A DNA stretch of 52,843 nucleotides from positions 1 to 52,843 of the forward strand of contig JAUCBJ010006092.1 in the NCBI GenBank assembly GCA_032718475.1, written 5' to 3'. A model generated the notes under the pieces. It was given only the letters and a program-made list of their open reading frames with translations, was not told where the DNA came from and did no database searches. The position numbers and the translations under genes were made by a program. This DNA is from Nemertoderma westbladi (Eukaryota > Animalia > Xenacoelomorpha). Of the stretch, positions 39,701 through 48,317 are shown in pieces. Position 1 is the first letter of the stretch, and every line of letters begins with the position of its first letter.

Positions 39701-42700
39701 ACGGCCACCATACCCTATCAGTAAGTGATGACCGGTAGAAGGACGGCCACCATACCCTATCAGTAAGTGATGACCGGTAGAAGGACGGCCACCATACCCT
39801 ATCAGTAAGTGATGGTCTGTAGAAGGACGGCCACCATACCCTATCAGTAAGTGATGGTCGGTAGAAGGACGGCCACCATACCCTATCAGTAAGTGATGAC
39901 CGGTAGAAGGACGGCCACCATACCCTATCAGTAAGTGATGGTCTGTAGAAGGACGGCCACCATACCCTATCAGTAAGTGATGACCGGTAGAAGGACGGCC
40001 ACCATACCCTATCAGTAAGTGATGACCGGTAGAAGGACGGCCACCATACCCTATCAGTAAGTGATGGTCTGTAGAAGGACGGCCACCATACCCTATCAGT
40101 AAGTGATGGTCGGTAGAAGGACGGCCACCATACCCTATCAGTAAGTGATGACCGGTAGAAGGACGGCCACCATACCCTATCAGTAAGTGATGACCGGTAG
40201 AAGGACGGCCACCATACCCTATCAGTAAGTGATGGTCGGTAGAAGGACGGCCACCATACCCTATCAGTAAGTGATGGTCGGTAGAAGGACGGCCACCATA
40301 CCCTATCAGTAAGTGATGGTCGGTAGAAGGACGGCCACCATACCCTATCAGTAAGTGATGGTCTGTAGAAGGACGGCCACCATACCCTATCAGTAAGTGA
40401 TGGTCTGTAGAAGGACGGCCACCATACCCTATCAGTAAGTGATGACCGGTAGAAGGACGGCCACCATACCCTATCAGTAAGTGATGGTCGGTAGAAGGAC
40501 GGCCACCATACCCTATCAGTAAGTGATGACCGGTAGAAGGACGGCCACCATACCCTATCAGTAAGTGATGGTCGGTAGAAGGACGGCCACCATACCCTAT
40601 CAGTAAGTGATGGTCGGTAGAAGGACGGCCACCATACCCTATCAGTAAGTGATGACCGGTAGAAGGACGGCCACCATACCCTATCAGTAAGTGATGGTCT
40701 GTAGAAGGACGGCCACCATACCCTATCAGTAAGTGATGGTCGGTAGAAGGACGGCCACCATACCCTATCAGTAAGTGATGACCGGTAGAAGGACGGCCAC
40801 CATACCCTATCAGTAAGTGATGGTCTGTAGAAGGACGGCCACCATACCCTATCAGTAAGTGATGGTCGGTAGAAGGACGGCCACCATACCCTATTAGTAA
40901 GTGATGACCGGTAGAAGGACGGCCACCATACCCTATCAGTAAGTGATAGGTCGGCGGCCGTGTAAGTGATGTAAATGATGTAAGTGATAGGTCGGCGGCC
41001 GTGTAAGTGATGTAAGTGATGTAAGTGATAGGTCGGCCGGCCACTTATAGAAGTAAAAGTGTCTAAGTCTGTACTCCCAGATATTCCCATTGGCGATATC
41101 TCCTTTGCAGAAGTGAAGGCTGCTGCAAAGAGCATTAAGACCAATCGTGCCAGTGGAGTAAATGGTGTTCCCCCTGAGGTCTTTAAAATACCTGAGTGTT
41201 TAAAGCTCATCTATCCCATCATAGTAGACATGTACCGAACAACAAGAGTCCCACAAGAAATGAAAACAAATAAGTTGGTGTCAGTTCCCAAGAAGGGCAA
41301 CCTAACACTCTATGGTTCTTTTCGGGGAATCTCATTGATCTCGATTGCTGCAAAGCTATACAATAGGATTCTATTAAATCGCATCAGGGATCCCATTGAG
41401 AGACTGCTCCGTGGAAATCAGAATGGGTTCCGTAAAGGTCGTGGGACCATGGAGCCCATCTTTTTTCACGATATTATATTGAAATTTGGTTTTTTTGTTG
41501 TTAAAAATATATTAAATCTTCTAAAAAATATTCGCCGCAATAGAAACGGAATTTATTTAAGTTTACATAAAACTTATTAAAACTTCCAAATGCACAGCTT
41601 AGGATTGGCCACCACTACTGCATCACAGCAGAGTACACGACAAAAACGAAATTTTTAGATTATCTAAGAAGAGCAATTCTAACATGTCCGTCCGATGCAC
41701 TATGTGTATTACTTATTCGTTTTTTTATTCAACGAATGAGTAACAATCACAGTTACTAGCTACACAATTATACCGATAACTGCCTCTAGCCAATTGCACC
41801 GCAATTAATCACCTCGAATTTCCCATACCGTCAACACGCTCCCCCTCAGAATAGATGACATCCAACTTTTCGACACAACAAATTCCATCTATGTTACTTA
41901 CTCTGCCTCGTCTACGTTAAATGAGTTCGTATGTAGGTCAGGTCGCAAGAGAATTAAAAAATCAAGTTACCAGAAAATGGCTCTTGAAAGGAATCGCATG
42001 TGCCCTGATTGCGTGAACGCTGTAGGCATACGGATGGTTACCGTTCCACTAAGCTAATTTATCACATCTCGTTCAGCTGGTGCTGGTCTGAGTGGCATTC
42101 TCTCTTACATAACTGCTTTGCAATGGTCATACCAGTAGCACTAGGGTGTATACCAGCAGCACCAGGCTGTATACCTATTTATGTATCTCCGGCTTTATAC
42201 ATATACCAGTAGCATCGGGCTGTATACCTATACCAGCAGCACCAAGCTGTATACCAGTAGAACCAGGCTGTATACCTATACCAGCAGCACTAGGCCGTAT
42301 AGCAATACCAGCAGCATCAGGCTGTTTACCGATAACAGCAACACCAAGCTGTATACCAGCAGCACCAGGCTGTATACCTATACCAGCAGCACCATGCCGT
42401 GCTGCTGCACGTGCTCCAGAACATGCTGCTTCTAGTGTTGGTCTTTTTATTAACTCCAGAAAGACCAAAGTTTTGACAGTTAACTTTGAAAGTCCTCAGC
42501 AAGTCTCTGATCGGATGAGCATAAGCTCAAAGGATGGTATGCTTGAGCATGTGGACGACTTCTGTTACCTGGGATCATGGATCCGGAAGTCAGATGAGGA
42601 CCTTCGAATACGCAAGGGAAAGGCATGGGCATCCTTGAATAGGCTTTCCTGGATTTGGAAGTCACCGAGAATTAATCGGAAACTTAAGGTCCGATTATTT

Positions 42701-45700
42701 AGAGCAGCAGTAGTTCCAGTACTCCTATATTGGAGTCCATGCTGGGCTCTAACTGCTGAGGACACCAAATCTCTGGATGGCACTGTGGTAGTTCCCGTAA
42801 ATAACATACAGTACGGAACTATGTTGGTGGTGGTGTTAAAATATATACAGTAAGAAAACTTACAGTTAGCTTGATTAGGTCGTTGGACACAGATATGTCC
42901 GGTGCTGTACAAAGGCAGCACAGCAGTAATCAGACATAACTACTAGTCTCAATAAAATGACAGATATTTTATTATTTTGTTATCTTGGGTTATTATCATA
43001 TAACCACACAGGCACATTCACAAGAATGCTACACATCTCCAACCAGACACTATATAACATTGGAGGGGTCTCATTGGTTCCCCAAGCTTAACACTAGAAC
43101 AAAATCGCCTCCGCTTTACAGGACATTGCTTTCACCGTGAGGACCAGCCAGTGTATAATCTTGTACTTTGGCAGCCTCATGGAGTGAATAAGCATGAATA
43201 AGAGTGCATAATACAGCCCATGACTTTCTTGAGAAGCATCTTAAAGGACACTGGTCGTGAAGATGCGGATGATCTAGCAAATGTCATGGGTGATAGGGAG
43301 TTGTGGCGGCGCAATTTTGTCGACAAGCCGGCACAGCATTCTTAAAAATGCAGCTGCAATGCAGCATGCCAACCCTAGTAGTACCAGGCCGTATACCAGC
43401 AGCATCAGGCTGTATACCTATACGATTAGCACCACCAGGCTGTATACCAGCCACACCAGGCTGTATACCTCTACCAGCACCACCTGCTGTATGACAAATT
43501 AACGTTTTTACTTTATATGACCTATTTGGTGATTTGTTTTACTTTTTACGTAATTTATTTTTAATTAATTTATTCATTCAAAGACTTCACTTTTAAATCA
43601 ATGAATTTCCCAGCACTGTTGAAACTACTGCTACTTATTTTGTGTTTCTCTATGATTAAAGGAATTTCTTTGAATCTTTGAAATGTAACTATACCTATAC
43701 TGTACAATTATTATCGATTCATTAAACGATATTAATTTTAGTGAGATATTTTGTTGCATGTTTCCAGCTCCAGTTTAGATTCGTGCGTACTGTATGCATA
43801 TTTGGCGCTGCATAATTTTAATTTAGTGTAATTCATTTTATCAGCTTAAGCAACTTCCAAGTATCTGTTTCAATTGTGAGGCGATAGACGGAACTAATAT
43901 TCAATAATTATTGTACTACCAAATCCTGGGTTTATTATTACGAATGATTACTGGCGGCGTGGCGTGTTATTTAAATTAATTTAATTTACTTTAATTAATT
44001 TAATTATTATTATTAATGTAGCATACGGTACCATTAATATAGCATACGGTAGCATTAATATAGTATACGGTAGCATTAATATAGCATACGGTAGCATTAA
44101 TATAGCATACGGTAGCATTAATATAGCATAAGGTAGTATTAATATAGCATACGGTAGCATTAATATAGCATGCGGTAGCATTAATATAGCATACGGTAGC
44201 ATTAATATAGCATACGGTAGCATTAATATAGCATACGGTAGCATTAATATAGCATACGGTAGCATTAATATAGCATACGGTACCATTAATATAGCATACG
44301 GTACCATTAATATAGCATACGGTAGCATTAATATAGTATACGGTAGCATTAATATAACATACGGTAGCATTAATATAGCATACGGTAGCATTAATATAGT
44401 ATACGGTAGCATTAATATAGCATACGGTAGAATTAATATAGCATAAGGTAGTATTAATATAGCATACGGTAGCATTAATATAGCATACGGTAGCATTAAT
44501 ATAGCATACGGTAGCATTAATATAGCATTAATATAGCATTCGGTAGAATCAATATAGCATACGGAAGCATTAATATAGCATACGGTAGCATTAATATAGC
44601 ATACGGTAGCATTAATATAGCATTCGGTAGAATCAATATAGCATACGGTAGCATTAATATAGCATACGGTACCATTAATATAGCATACGGTAGCATTAAT
44701 ATAGCATACGGTAGCATTAATATAGCATACGGTACCATTAATATAGCATACGGTACCATTAATATAGCATACGGTAGCATTAATATAGTATACGGTAGCA
44801 TTAATATAACATACGGTACCATTAATATAGCATACGGTAGCATTAATATAGTATACGGTAGCATTAATATAGCATACGGTAGAATTAATATAGCATAAGG
44901 TAGTATTAATATAGCATACGGTAGCATTAATATAGCATACGGTAGCATTAATATAGCATACGGTAGCATTAATATAGCATTCGGTAGAATCAATATAGCA
45001 TACGGTAGCATTAATATAGCATACGGTAGCATTAATATAGCATACGGTAGCATTAATATAGCATACGGTAGCATTAAATAGCATACGGTAGCATTAATAT
45101 AGCATACGCTAGCATTAATATAGCATACGGTAGCATTAATATAGCATACGGTACCATTAATATAGCATACGGTAGCATTAATATAGCATACGGTAGCATT
45201 AATATAGCATACGGTACCATTAATATAGCATACGGTAGCATTAATATAGCATACGGTAGCATTAATATGGTATACGGAAGCATTAATATAGCATACGGTA
45301 GCATTAATATAGCATACGGTAGCATTAATATAGCATACGGTAGCATTAATATAGTATACGGTAGCATTAATATAGCATTCGGTAGCATTAATATAGCATA
45401 CGGCAGCATTAATATAGCATACGGTACCATTAATATAGCATACGGTACCATTAATATAGCATACGGTAGCATTAATATAGCATACGGTACAATAAATATA
45501 GCATACGGTAGCATTAATATAGCATACGGTAGCATTAATATAGCATACGGTAGCATTAATATAGTATACGGTAGCATTAATATAGCATTCGGTAGCATTA
45601 ATATAGCATACGGTAGCATTAATATAGCATACGGTAGCATTAATATAGCATACGGTACCATTAATATAGCATACGGTAGCATTAATATAGCATACGGTAG

Positions 45701-47928
45701 CATTAATATAGCATACTGTACCATTAATATAGCATACGGTAGCATTAATATAGCATACTGTACCATTAATATAGTATATGGTAGCATTAAATTTTATAAT
45801 TATTATTATCACCTGGAAAACCCTCAACTATTAATGTTATTACGAATTATATATAATATAATTCGTAATCATTGTTTACTCAAGTTTTTACTTACAGTTA
45901 TTAAATTTAATTACAGTTATTAAATGTAATTACTGTTATTAAATTTAATTACAGTTATTAAATTTAATTACAGTTATTAAATTTAATTACAGTTATTAAA
46001 TGTAATTACTGTTATTATATTTAATTACAGTTATTAAATTTAATTACAGTTATTAAATTTAATTACAGTTATTAAATTTAATTACAGTTATTAAATTTAA
46101 TTACAGTTATTAAATTTAATTATAGTTATTAAATTTAATTACAGTTATTAAATTTAATTACAGTTATTAAATTTAATTACAGTTATTAAATTTAATTACA
46201 GTTATTAAATTTAATTACAGTTATTAAATTTAATTACAGTTATTAAATTTAATTACAGTTATTAAATTTAATTACAGTTATTAAATTTAATTACAGTTAT
46301 TAAATTTAATTACAGTTATTAAATTTATTTACAGTTATTAAATTTAATTACAGTTATTAAATTTAATTACAGTTATTAAATTTAATTACAGTTATTAAAT
46401 TTAATTACAGTTATTAAATTTAATTACAGTTATTAAATTTAATTACAGTTATTAAATTTAATTACAGTTATTAAATTTAATTACAGTTATTAAATGTAAT
46501 TACAGTTATTAAATTTAATTACAGTTAATAAATTTAATTACAGTTATTAAATTTAATTACAGTGTTTTATATATTTGTTTTATTTATTGTTCCAGAACAT
46601 GTTAGCTATTCATTTTTTTTTATTATGTTCTAGTACAAATATTTTTAAAACGTGTTTAAAGTCAATAAAAAAAATTGAAAATTGATGTTAATGTTAACAT
46701 GCTTTAAAACGATTTCAGGGTTTGTCTTTTTGCAGTATGTGTATGTTTGTGCAGTGTGCAGTGTATGTTTAAAAAATCTCACCTTTTGGTCCTGTAATAA
46801 TGCCAACAAATTTTCAACACGACACAGCGTTAAATCCGACAAAGTTATTAGCATGTCAAATCGTAACGAAGATAACGTCGCGGCGTCAACAACTATTTGC
46901 CATTATTGTCCCACCCCTAACATTGTCAGTTCACTAAGGCTCCAGCAACGTCGTGGCTCACCCCGCAAAGCGCGAGCTGTATAATCTTAGCACAGTACAG
47001 CCGGCTCGCTGTATTATTTACCTGTACTTTACGTACAGGTCTATAAACATGGATAGGGGCCTAAATATAAATAGGCCAGGTACAGTACCGTGAGATTTAG
47101 CCATAGTCAGATAGTGCAGTAGTGCTGCATTGCACTGACTACTGCTTCCTGAATACGGGCAGATACGTCCCACATACGGTAGGCTACGGGAACTATTTCA
47201 AATACGTACACATACGGCAAAAAGACAAACCCACGATTTCATGCGTTTTAAATAAATTCCAGATTTTCTCCACCAATGTCCAATGTCTTCTGAAATGTTC
47301 TAGAACAAAAATTATTTGTTCTAGAACATGATTTTATTTAAAAAGAATAGCTGACTTGTTCTGGAACATTTTCTATACAAAAAGTAATAAGATTTAGCTA
47401 CTGCAAAATATTTGTAGAAAGAAGTAGGATATCGTAACCAGTGTGGAAATTAATAGCTAAACCTACCTAAATCACTCGCTACCATAAAATTTAGCACAAT
47501 AATTTTTCATTGTGTCCTCTGATTTTGACTTTTTATATTACAGTTACATACACAAAAACAATTCTTAAGATCAATCAAAAAATTTTCAAATTTTCCTTAT
47601 AAATACCAGAGTAATGCCGTTTCAATTACCATGAGATCTTATTAATTGTAGAAATGTTAGTGGGGTGGGGGGGGGGGGGGGGGGGGTAGTCTTAATCAAG
47701 TCATTGAATTTTAATAGCCATGAAATGCTATAATCCTTGAATCAATACGACATTTGGCTCGATCGGTGGTAAAAAAAATTACTAAATACCATAATTAATT
47801 CCATTTTAGGTACAGATTATATTGGCCGGATGTGGTTGGTTGATTCATACTTCCCCACCGAAGTGGAAGCTCATATCCACGATGTAACGACCCCGAACAA
47901 AGCTCTTTGGATCTACACGAGTGGCAAG
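12679..47928 (+). CDS. Multi-exon gene (5' part, 5 coding exons) for a divergent anion-selective-type Cys-loop ligand-gated ion channel subunit (GABA-A/GlyR/GluCl-like); partial at 3' end
   Basis: join(12679-12746,21340-21462,32504-32669,32970-33084,47810-47928) = 591 nt, open throughout, all GT-AG, intron phases 2,2,0,1 matching. Protein: MFALYCLTLTVLVHLLSAAAQET-IDSDSSTTVTTTTTSTTPETPDPVESAEYIDDYYEYNEYEE-DVVDTDGEIDGTDILQFVLQGYDGRVSPSDLTKKPTNVTISIYVTNLGPISEQNM-NFGVDFYLRHTWVDPRMNWTRLLVENNLTVEGRPPYPIS-TDYIGRMWLVDSYFPTEVEAHIHDVTTPNKALWIYTSGK. By eye it matches the GlyR/GABA-A extracellular-domain motifs GYDxRxRP, V..IY..SLGPISE..M, FLRQxWxDPRL, WxPDxFFxNE and AHFHEVTTxNKLLRI. Family assignment is by recognition, not by a search. 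Confidence 0.9.
12900..13820 (+). mobile_element. 5'-truncated RTE-clade LINE (family B), RT C-terminal part with (TAG)n tail
   Basis: LDFADDL at about 12991-13011; VDDFCYLGS, LFRAAVVPVLLY..CWALT and RLRFAGHCFR motifs; ends ctagtagtagtagta. Confidence 0.9.
16625..16910 (-). mobile_element. 3' fragment of RTE family A LINE
   Basis: VSTTLRERRLRFSGH and IDQLERDTE..NEI..TMENREAWKDLISTVR, matching 25020-25280 in the opposite orientation. Confidence 0.85.
17720..18000 (-). mobile_element. Degenerate CR1/L2-group LINE remnant
   Basis: KPWMTPALVKS...YKTYRNQLTKILR resembles the endonuclease-RT linker motif of CR1/L2-like elements. Confidence 0.45.
19445..19550 (-). mobile_element. tRNA-derived SINE fragment (Nin/Meta-like central domain)
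   Basis: Reverse complement reads ...gtaggttcagccccgccagggtcc...tcatcctctggggtcgataaaattagtaccag, a B-box-like element followed by a conserved-domain-like motif. Confidence 0.45.
19597..20538. repeat. 52/53-bp tandem array, about 18 copies
   Basis: Unit GGCACCAAGTACTATGGTAGTATTAACCGCCTAGGCAACGGGAA(C)TACCCTCA. Confidence 0.95.
21340..21462 (+). CDS. LGIC coding exon 2 (Thr/Ser-rich plus acidic Tyr-rich N-terminal extension)
   Basis: Acceptor ttttatttttcatacctag|A, donor GA|GTATGT; 123 nt, phase 2-2, joins exon 1 and exon 3 in frame. Confidence 0.75.
21530..25296 (+). mobile_element. Near full-length, inactivated RTE-clade LINE (family A): APE endonuclease plus RT
   Basis: APE motifs IATMNARTL, IICIQEH, YSPT, AGDLNA, QLDYIL, SDH; RT motifs KASGLDEIP, PKKGDL..PTNYRGI, VDFKKAFDS, GVLQGDTLAP, ADD, FQYLGS; multiple stops and frameshifts; (TAG)n tail. 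Confidence 0.93.
24351..24630 (-). mobile_element. tRNA-derived SINE inserted antisense into the RTE RT domain
   Basis: Minus strand has A-box TGGTGTAGTGG, B-box GGTTCGATCC and a (CTTTA)n tail; it interrupts the RT frame between ...LADAQL and L..LNKVE. A related tail is at about 51940-51980. Confidence 0.85.
25519..32560 (+). repeat. 68/73-bp tandem array, about 100 copies, made of the exon-3 acceptor plus the first ~57 nt of exon 3
   Basis: Unit CTCATTGATTTAG|GGATGTAGTTGATACAGATGGAGAGATTGATGGTACCGATATACTGCAGTTCG(C/T)T; the last copy continues directly into the unique exon sequence CTACAAGGCTACGAT. Confidence 0.95.
32504..32669 (+). CDS. LGIC coding exon 3 (N-terminal helix, GYDxR motif, beta1)
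   Basis: Acceptor ctcatttatttag|G, donor ATG|GTAAGT; encodes DVVDTDGEIDGTDILQFVLQGYDGRVSP...NVTISIYVTNLGPISEQNM. The phase-0 intron after this Met matches the known GABA-A/GlyR intron position. Confidence 0.92.
32970..33084 (+). CDS. LGIC coding exon 4 (loop D region)
   Basis: Acceptor tgtttgttatccctag|, donor ATCA|GTAAGT; encodes NFGVDFYLRHTWVDPRM...EGRPPYPI (compare GlyR DYRVNIFLRQQWNDPRL). Confidence 0.92.
33057..40947 (+). repeat. 42-bp tandem array, about 188 copies, made of the 3' end of exon 4 plus its GTAAGT donor
   Basis: Unit GTAGAAGGACGGCCACCATACCCTATCA|GTAAGTGAT(GGTCG/GACCG/GGTCT); the first copy is the coding end of exon 4 (VEGRPPYPI). Confidence 0.96.
41045..41460 (+). mobile_element. 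RTE LINE internal fragment (RT N-terminal part)
   Basis: RASGVNGVPPEVFK, VPKKGNL..FRGISL.SIAAKLYNRILLNRIR and NQNGFRKGRGT motifs. Confidence 0.88.
42418..43383 (+). mobile_element. 5'-truncated RTE family B copy, interrupted by a solo LTR
   Basis: Nearly identical to 13062-13815 on both sides of a 227-bp insert; ends ctagtagta. Confidence 0.9.
42784..43010. mobile_element. Solo LTR (227 bp)
   Basis: TG...CA termini (TGTGGT...ACCACACA), perfect 5-bp target duplication GGCAC (42779-42783 and 43011-43015), internal AATAAA; the empty site is visible in the paralogous RTE copy (gatggcacattc, about 13420). Confidence 0.8.
44016..45790. repeat. 21-bp tandem array, about 84 copies
   Basis: Unit GCATTAATATAGCATACGGTA. 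Confidence 0.97.
45893..46562. repeat. 19-bp AT-rich tandem array, about 35 copies
   Basis: Unit ACAGTTATTAAATTTAATT, containing the palindrome ATTAAATTTAAT. Confidence 0.97.
46588..47368. mobile_element. Possible MITE/foldback element with ~60-bp imperfect terminal inverted repeats
   Basis: tgttccagaacatgttagctattc...atgttctagtacaaata (46588-46645) is the reverse complement of tatttgttctagaacat...gaatagctgacttgttctggaaca (about 47310-47368). Confidence 0.5.
46830..46965 (-). mobile_element. 5' fragment of a subfamily-B HINE-like element
   Basis: taaatccgacaaagttattagcatgtcaaatcgtaac and cgtggctcacccc are reverse complements of the 7508-7675 head. Confidence 0.65.
47810..47928 (+). CDS. LGIC coding exon 5 (loop A to loop E region)
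   Basis: Acceptor ttccattttag|GT, donor AAG|GTTAGT; encodes TDYIGRMWLVDSYFPTEVEAHIHDVTTPNKALWIYTSGK (compare GlyR [33 protein letters not shown]); phase 1 matches exon 4. Confidence 0.9.
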
Positions 47929-48317
47929 GTTAGTGTCGGGGGTTCAAAACGTTAATACTGTGGCTTTATACTGAATTGACAGGCAACCAATTCCTTTTTC
48001 TTCTATACTGATTGGTACATTGTCTGTTTGCAGTGGAATTTTGTAATTACTGTAAAATTAATATACTAGAAGCTCTTTACAATAATCTAACTTACTGGAT
48101 GTTAACGGTGTGCTTATTAGTTTCGAAGTATCAACATTTAACCTTGGCGTAAATCCACCGAAATTCCCCGAGGGACATATAACAAGAAGAAACCATATTA
48201 TTTCCTTATTTAACTTCTTTGAAGTGTTCTCCCGAGATAAATGTTTTATCTCAAGTTTATTTCCATTCATCTATCTTATTATTTGAGTGAGGCATTTTAT
48301 CCAACAAATGCGTCTCT

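Larger units (their letters stand above)
42128..43490. repeat. Degenerate 21/30-bp minisatellite (TATACCAGCAGCACCAGGCTG) split by an RTE insertion
   Basis: Units at 42128-42395 resume at about 43380-43490 on the far side of the LINE fragment. Confidence 0.8.

Noticed and set aside
33057-40947. CRISPR-like appearance (constant repeat with variable spacer)
   Set aside because: The variable part is only 5 nt with three recurring states, there are no unique spacers or cas genes, and the context is eukaryotic.
32987-41210. Giant minus-strand ORFs of 2685 and 2725 aa
   Set aside because: They are stop-free frames of a 42-bp (14-codon) repeat, antisense to a real exon junction. Two overlapping frames are equally open and neither has unique domains.
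43981-45923. ORFs of INATVCY / LMLPYAI / GSINIAY repeats
   Set aside because: Translations of the 21-bp satellite in several frames.
45893-46562. 19-bp array containing aattacag as an acceptor array
   Set aside because: No exon follows the last copy, and exon 4 already joins exon 5 in phase.
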